DNA of 64,000 nucleotides from positions 18,247 through 82,246 of the forward strand of contig JANLWX010000018.1 of NCBI GenBank assembly GCA_031364845.1. The letters run 5' to 3'. The notes beneath the pieces are model-generated. The model made no database searches. It saw only the letters and a list, made by a program, of their open reading frames with translations, and was not told the origin of the DNA. This stretch comes from Candidatus Eiseniibacteriota bacterium. GTDB taxonomy: Bacteria > Eisenbacteria > RBG-16-71-46. Below are positions 57,480-64,000 of this stretch, piece by piece (within the stretch, counting starts at the first letter, position 1; each line of letters begins with the position of its first letter). The translations under genes and the position numbers were made by a program.

Positions 57480-57974
57480 ATGAACCGTTCACGCCGTCTC
57501 ACGCTCGTCGCCCAACTGCTCGGTGGCAAGCGATTCTCGAGTCAGGAAGAGCTGGTGAAGGCGCTCGCGCGCGCGGGCGTCGAGGTCACGCAGGCGACGC
57601 TGTCGCGCGACCTGCGCAGCCTCGGCGTGCTCAAGCGCCACGACGGCGAAGGACGCGCGACGTACGAACTGTCGGGACCGGCCGTAGAAACTCTGGATCG
57701 CGAACGCCGGCTGCTCGATCTGAAGGCGTTCGTCAACGACGTGCGCGTGGCGCAGAACCTCGCGATCGTGCGCACGCCGCCGGGTCACGCGAACGGCGTG
57801 GCGCGCGCGATCGATCTCGCCGAGTTCCAGGGCGTGATGGGATCGGTGGCCGGCGATGACACGGTGCTGGTGGTGATGCAGGACGCGGTGCTTGCACGGA
57901 AGCTCAAGAAGCGGCTCGACGCCATCGGGGCGACGGGAGTCGATCATTCCGCCAACGGAGGGTCCGCCAGGTGA
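57480..57974 (+). CDS. argR: Arginine repressor
   Basis: SQEEL, VTQATLSRDL, RTPPGHA, GSVAGDDT. Confidence 0.97.
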   Translation: MNRSRRLTLVAQLLGGKRFSSQEELVKALARAGVEVTQATLSRDLRSLGVLKRHDGEGRATYELSGPAVETLDRERRLLDLKAFVNDVRVAQNLAIVRTPPGHANGVARAIDLAEFQGVMGSVAGDDTVLVVMQDAVLARKLKKRLDAIGATGVDHSANGGSAR

Positions 57975-59053
57975 GCGCGACGGTGTCTTCGGTCTCCAAT
58001 CCGGTTGCACAGGATGCGCACGGGCAGCGTGATGCCGGGCAACAGCGCGCGAAGATCGCGGTGCTGGGTGCCAGCGGCTACTCCGGACAGGAGTTCACGC
58101 GCCTCGCACTCGTGCATCCCGGACTGGAGATCGTCGCTTTGTGCTCGCGCGAACTGGCGGGGCAGCCCGGGGCTGCATTGCTGCCGGGGCTCGATGCGCG
58201 CGGCTCGTCACTTCCCGACGTCGTTGCGCCGGACGCCGTCGCCGGGCTGCTCGAAGCCGGCGCGTGCGACACGGTGATCGCGTGCCTTCCGCATCAGACG
58301 TGGCGCACGCTCACCCACGCCACGCCGGCGCTCGGCTCGGCACCGGCGCGCGTGATCGACCTGTCGTCCGATCATCGCGACGGCGAGGGCGGCTACATAT
58401 ATGGATTGCCGGAAGCATTTCGCGCCGCGATCAAGGGTGCTTCGCGCATCGCCAATCCCGGTTGTTATCCGACCGCTGCTGCACTCGCACTCCTGCCCGC
58501 ACTCGAAGCCGGCTGGGTCGCGGGGCCGGTCATGGTGAGCGCGCTGTCGGGCGTGAGCGGCGCCGGCCGCGGCGCCTCGCTGCGCACGTCGTTCGCGGAA
58601 CTCGACGGCGGTGCCGCGATGTACAAGGCGGGTGAAGCGCATGCGCACGTGGCCGAGATGGCGCGCACGTGCGCGGCGCTCGGCACCGCGGTTCCCGTCG
58701 CGTTCGTACCGCATCTTGTACCGATGGCGCGCGGCATCGTACTGACCGCGAGTGTGGCGCTCGATCACGCCGTGTCGCCCGACGAGGCGCATGCAGCATA
58801 CGTCGCGCGCTATCAGGACGAACCGTTCGTGCGCGTACTCGCGCAAGGCGTGTGGCCCGAGACGCGCACGGTGCGCGGATCCAATCGCTGCGATGTCGCC
58901 GTCACCACGGTTCATGGCGGCACCACGCTGCTCGCGACCGCGGCCCTCGACAACCTCGTGAAGGGCGCGGCGGGTCAGGCGATCCAGAACCTCAATCTCA
59001 TGCTGGGCTGGCCCGAGGCTACCGGTCTTCCGGTGAGCGGCACACCGTGGTAA
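57971..59053 (+). CDS. argC: N-acetyl-gamma-glutamyl-phosphate reductase
   Basis: GASGYSG, IANPGCYPT, SGVSGAG, DNLVKGAAGQA. Confidence 0.97.
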   Translation: MSATVSSVSNPVAQDAHGQRDAGQQRAKIAVLGASGYSGQEFTRLALVHPGLEIVALCSRELAGQPGAALLPGLDARGSSLPDVVAPDAVAGLLEAGACDTVIACLPHQTWRTLTHATPALGSAPARVIDLSSDHRDGEGGYIYGLPEAFRAAIKGASRIANPGCYPTAAALALLPALEAGWVAGPVMVSALSGVSGAGRGASLRTSFAELDGGAAMYKAGEAHAHVAEMARTCAALGTAVPVAFVPHLVPMARGIVLTASVALDHAVSPDEAHAAYVARYQDEPFVRVLAQGVWPETRTVRGSNRCDVAVTTVHGGTTLLATAALDNLVKGAAGQAIQNLNLMLGWPEATGLPVSGTPW

Positions 59054-59892
59054 CCAACTCGAACGACGCGCTCCGGGTGATCGATCCGGCTCCGTTCGTG
59101 GTCAAGATCGGCGGTCGCGCGCTCGAGGGCGAGGCGCGCGGCGAGTTGGCGCGCGAGATCGCAGTACTGACGGGACGCGTCGTGCTCGTTCACGGCGGCG
59201 GTGCCGACGTCAGTACCTGGTGCGCCCGGCTCGGCATCGAACCGCGCTTCCACGACGGCCTGCGCATCACCGATCCCGAGACGCTCGACGTCGCGGTGGC
59301 CGTGCTCGGCGGGCTCTCGAACAAGCGCTGGGTCGCGCTGCTCGCCGAGCACGGCGTGCGTGCCGCGGGTCTGTGCGCGCACGATGCGGGCATCGCGGAC
59401 GTCGTTCCGCACCCGCAGTCGGCGGTGCTCGGGGCCGTAGGAGAAGTGCGCGCGATCGATACCGCGGTTCTGCGCACGCTGCTCGGCGCCGGCATCACGC
59501 CGGTGCTCGCCAGCATCGGCGCGTGCGAAGGCGCGCTCGTCAACATCAACGCGGACGACCTCGCTTCGGCGGTCGCCGGGGCACTCGCCACGCCGGCGCT
59601 GGTGCTGCTGAGCGACACGCCGGGCCTCGTGCTCGACGGAGCGGTCGTGCCTCAACTCGACGCACGCGGCCTCAGCAAAGCCCTCACGCATCCTCAGGTC
59701 AAAGGTGGCATGCGGCCCAAGCTGCTCGCCGCTCAACGGGCACTCGAATCCGGCGCCGCGCGCGTGATCATTGCCGCGTGGAGCGGCCCGGGATCTCTTA
59801 CGTCGATTCTCACCGGGAACGGCCACGGCACCACGCTCGTGAATGAACACGCGCCGTCGTTCGCCGCCGCACCTTCCGGAGGTCGTTCATGA
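59047..59892 (+). CDS. argB: Acetylglutamate kinase
   Basis: VKIGG, VHGGG, GLRITD, NINAD, GGMRPKL. Confidence 0.95.
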   Translation: MVTNSNDALRVIDPAPFVVKIGGRALEGEARGELAREIAVLTGRVVLVHGGGADVSTWCARLGIEPRFHDGLRITDPETLDVAVAVLGGLSNKRWVALLAEHGVRAAGLCAHDAGIADVVPHPQSAVLGAVGEVRAIDTAVLRTLLGAGITPVLASIGACEGALVNINADDLASAVAGALATPALVLLSDTPGLVLDGAVVPQLDARGLSKALTHPQVKGGMRPKLLAAQRALESGAARVIIAAWSGPGSLTSILTGNGHGTTLVNEHAPSFAAAPSGGRS

Positions 59893-61126
59893 CGGCTACA
59901 CTCGAAAGCCCGCCCACGACTCCCACCTCGCCCGAGGTTGGCCTGTTCGCGCCGCTCTATCCCCTGCCGCGACTCGAGATGGTTTCCGGCAGCGGCGTAT
60001 GGGTGAAGGATGCCGCGGGCGAGACCTATCTCGACTTCGTGAGCGGCATCGCCGTGAACGCGCTCGGTCACGCGCCCAAGGGTTTCGCGCAGGCGATCGC
60101 GCGCCAGGCGAAGCAGCTCGGCCAGGTCTCGAACCTGTTCGGCCATGCGCCGGGGCTCGCACTCGCGCGTGATCTCACCGCCGCCACCGGATACGAGCGC
60201 ATCTTTTTCTGCAACTCCGGCACCGAAGCGGTCGACGCCGCGCTCAAGTTCGCGCGCGCGCGGGCCGGCGCCAAGGGGCTGGCGGGCCGCGACATCGTCG
60301 CGTTCACCGGCGGCTTCCATGGCCGTACCGGCTTCGCGCTGTCGGCCACGCACAACCCGCCGTATCGCGCGCCGTTCGAGCCGCTGATTCCGGGTGTGCG
60401 CTTCGCGCCGTTCAACGACGTGAAGGCTCTCGGCGAAGTGCTCGATCAGAACGTGTGTGCGGTGATCGTCGAACCGGTCCAGGGCGAAGGAGGCGCGGTG
60501 CCCGCGACCCGCGAGTTCCTGCGCGCGCTCGCCGCGCGCTGTTCGGCGCTCGGCGCCGCGCTGATCTTCGATGAAGTTCAGTGCGGCATGGGCCGCTGCG
60601 GACATCTGCTCGCGGCCACGCACTACGGCGTGCGTGCGGACTATACGGTGCTCAGCAAGGCGCTCGGCGGCGGATTGCCGCTCGCCGCGGTCCTGATGAC
60701 CGCCGAGTGCGCGGAGTCGCTCGCTCCCGGCATGCACGGCTGCACGTTCGGCGGCGGTCCGGTCGCGACCACGGCGGGCTCGTTCGTGCTCGCGCGCGTC
60801 AACAAGAAGTCGCTGCTCGGACGCGTGCGCTCGCGCGGCAAGGAACTGGGTGCCGCACTCGAAGCGCTGGTCGCCAAGCATCCGTCGCTCGCCGAAGCGC
60901 GCGGCCTTGGCCTCCTGCGCGGAATCGAAGTGAAGCCGGACGCATCCTACGGCCCCGCCGATCTCGTGCAGGCGGCGCGCGCCGAGAAGCTGTTGCTGAT
61001 TCGTGGCGGCGAACGCGCCGTGCGGTTGCTGCCTCCACTCACCGTTTCCAAGGAAGAGATCGCCGAAGCGATCACGCGCCTCGATCGCGCCCTCACGAAA
61101 CTCGAGAACACGAAGGAGGCGTCTCA

Positions 61127-61130
<4 letters not shown>
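59889..61130 (+). CDS. argD: Acetylornithine aminotransferase
   Basis: YLDFVSGIAVNALGH, NSGTEA, FHGRT, EPVQGEGG, DEVQCG, SKALGGG. Confidence 0.95.
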
Positions 61131-62435
<1,305 letters not shown>

Positions 62436-62446
<11 letters not shown>

Positions 62447-64000
62447 CGACCGTCACGAAGTGTGGCGCGGCCGGCTCGCCGGCGGCCTCGACCCACGCGC
62501 GCAGAAGCTCAACGACTCGCTGCCGATCGACCGGCGGCTGTGGCCGGAGGAGCTTGCGCTCACGCGTGCCTATGCACTGGCATTGGTCGAGTGCGAGGTC
62601 ATGACGGCGGACGAAGCGGCCTCACTCACGGTGGCGGCGGATGCGCTCGAGGAGGATCTCGAGCACGGCCGCGTGACGCTCGAAGGCGAAGACGTGCACT
62701 CGGCGGTCGAGGCCGAGCTGACGAAGCGCTGCGGCGATCCCGCGCGCCGGATCCACACCGGACGCAGCCGCAACGATCAGGTCAGCACGCTCATGCGCAT
62801 GCATGTCATGCAGCAGTGCGACGTGGCGATCGAAGCGATCCGCGATCTCGAGCGCGCGATCGCTCGCCAGGCGCGGCTCGCCGGCCAGAGCGCCGCGGCC
62901 GCCTACACGCACCTCCAGCCCGCGCAGCCGGTGCTGATGGCGCACTCGTGGCTTGCGCACGCCGCCGCGTTCGAGCGCGATGAAGCGCGTTTCGAAGAAG
63001 CACGCGAAGCCGCGGGCGTGATGCCGCTCGGTTCGGGTGCCGTCGCCGGAACGCCGCTCGACTACGACCGCGCCTCGGTCGCGATGCGGCTCGGATTCTC
63101 GCGCCTCGCCACCAACAGCCTCGACGCCGTCGGCGATCGCGACTTCGCGCTCGAGTATCTCAATGCCGGTGCCGTGCTCGGCGTGCATCTGTCGCGCCTC
63201 GCCGAAGATCTCGTCATGTGGTGCTCGCCGATGTTCGGCTGGTACGCCGCACCCGACGGCTTCTCGACCGGCAGCTCGCTGCTGCCGCAGAAGCGCAATC
63301 CCGACGTGTTCGAACTGTCGCGCGGCAAGTCCGCGCGCCTGATCACCAATGCCCAGCGTCTCGCCGTCCTACTCAAGGGCCTTCCGAGCTCGTATCAGAA
63401 GGATCTGCAGGAGGACAAGGAAGCCGTGTTCGACACCGCGGACACGGTGAACACGCTGCTCGCCGCCCTCGCCCCCGCGATTGCCGCCCTGGCGCCCGAC
63501 ACCGCGCGCATGGCCGCCACGCTCACGCCCGATCTGCTCGCCGTGGAACTCGCCGACGCCCTCACCGCCGAAGGCGTCCCGTTCCGCGAAGCGCACGCCA
63601 AAGTCGGCCAGCTGTGGGCCGCCGCCGAAACCCAGGCCATCGAACCGATCGACCTTCCCGAGTCCGAACGCCTCGCGATCGACGCGCACTTCACCACCAC
63701 GCGCCTCGCCGCACTCACCGTCGAAAAAGCCCTCAACCGCCGCAACCACTCCCCCGGCGCCGGCCCCACCTCCGTCGCCCGCCAGCTCGCCCGCGTCGAA
63801 GCACGCCTGGGCCTGGCCGCAGGAGACCCAGAAGCCTCTGATAGGGAAACGAGCAATGGCGGTCGCTCCACCAGTACACGCGCGGCGGGATCGAGCGGCG
63901 ATCGCGCAGCGACGCTCCCGCGACAGAGGCAGCCAGGGATGGCTGCCGACAGAGCCGGGGGAGCGGAGCGCGACAGGATGTCGCGCGCAGCGGGCGGCGC
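62436..64000 (+). CDS. argH: Argininosuccinate lyase; reading frame stays open to the window end
   Basis: Not in the ORF track; manual translation from GTG 62436: WRGRL, EDVHSAVE, HTGRSRNDQ, YTHLQPAQP, GSSLLPQKRNPD, YQKDLQEDKE, GVPFREAH. Confidence 0.95.
63913..63986. repeat. REP-like palindromic element with two GGA-loop hairpins
   Basis: GGCAGCCA-GGGA-TGGCTGCC (63928-63947) and GCGCGACA-GGA-TGTCGCGC (63968-63986); CGACAGAG direct repeat. Confidence 0.5.

Overview
High-GC bacterial chromosomal window of mostly housekeeping genes. The lineage cannot be fixed from sequence alone; the T9SS-like C-terminal domain suggests an FCB-associated candidate phylum. Left to right: a minus-strand EamA / methyltransferase / VKOR-DsbA / UbiA(MqnP) cluster; lexA followed by an IS200-type TnpA homologue; EamA, a retropepsin-PDZ protease and bactofilin; the conserved rpmH-rnpA-yidD-yidC-jag-mnmE-mnmG-rsmG-parA-parB block with two parS sites but no dnaA; an ECF sigma/FecR anti-sigma pair and a GAF histidine kinase; an esterase-ABC-MFS operon; queE-queC-queD; a GT51 transglycosylase; two paralogous GT-C-like/TPR membrane proteins; a complete his operon with a His-rich leader-peptide attenuator and a HisD-HisC fusion; fhs; a BNR-repeat secreted protein; a Ser/Thr kinase-PD40 protein; and argR-argC-argB-argD-argG-argH running off the right end. 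The most interesting signal is a palindrome, TGCAC-N4-GTGCA, found in the lexA promoter spacer and again just upstream of the TnpA homologue, which has lost its catalytic tyrosine. This suggests a non-canonical SOS box and a domesticated, LexA-controlled HUH protein. No rRNA, tRNA or CRISPR array was recognised.
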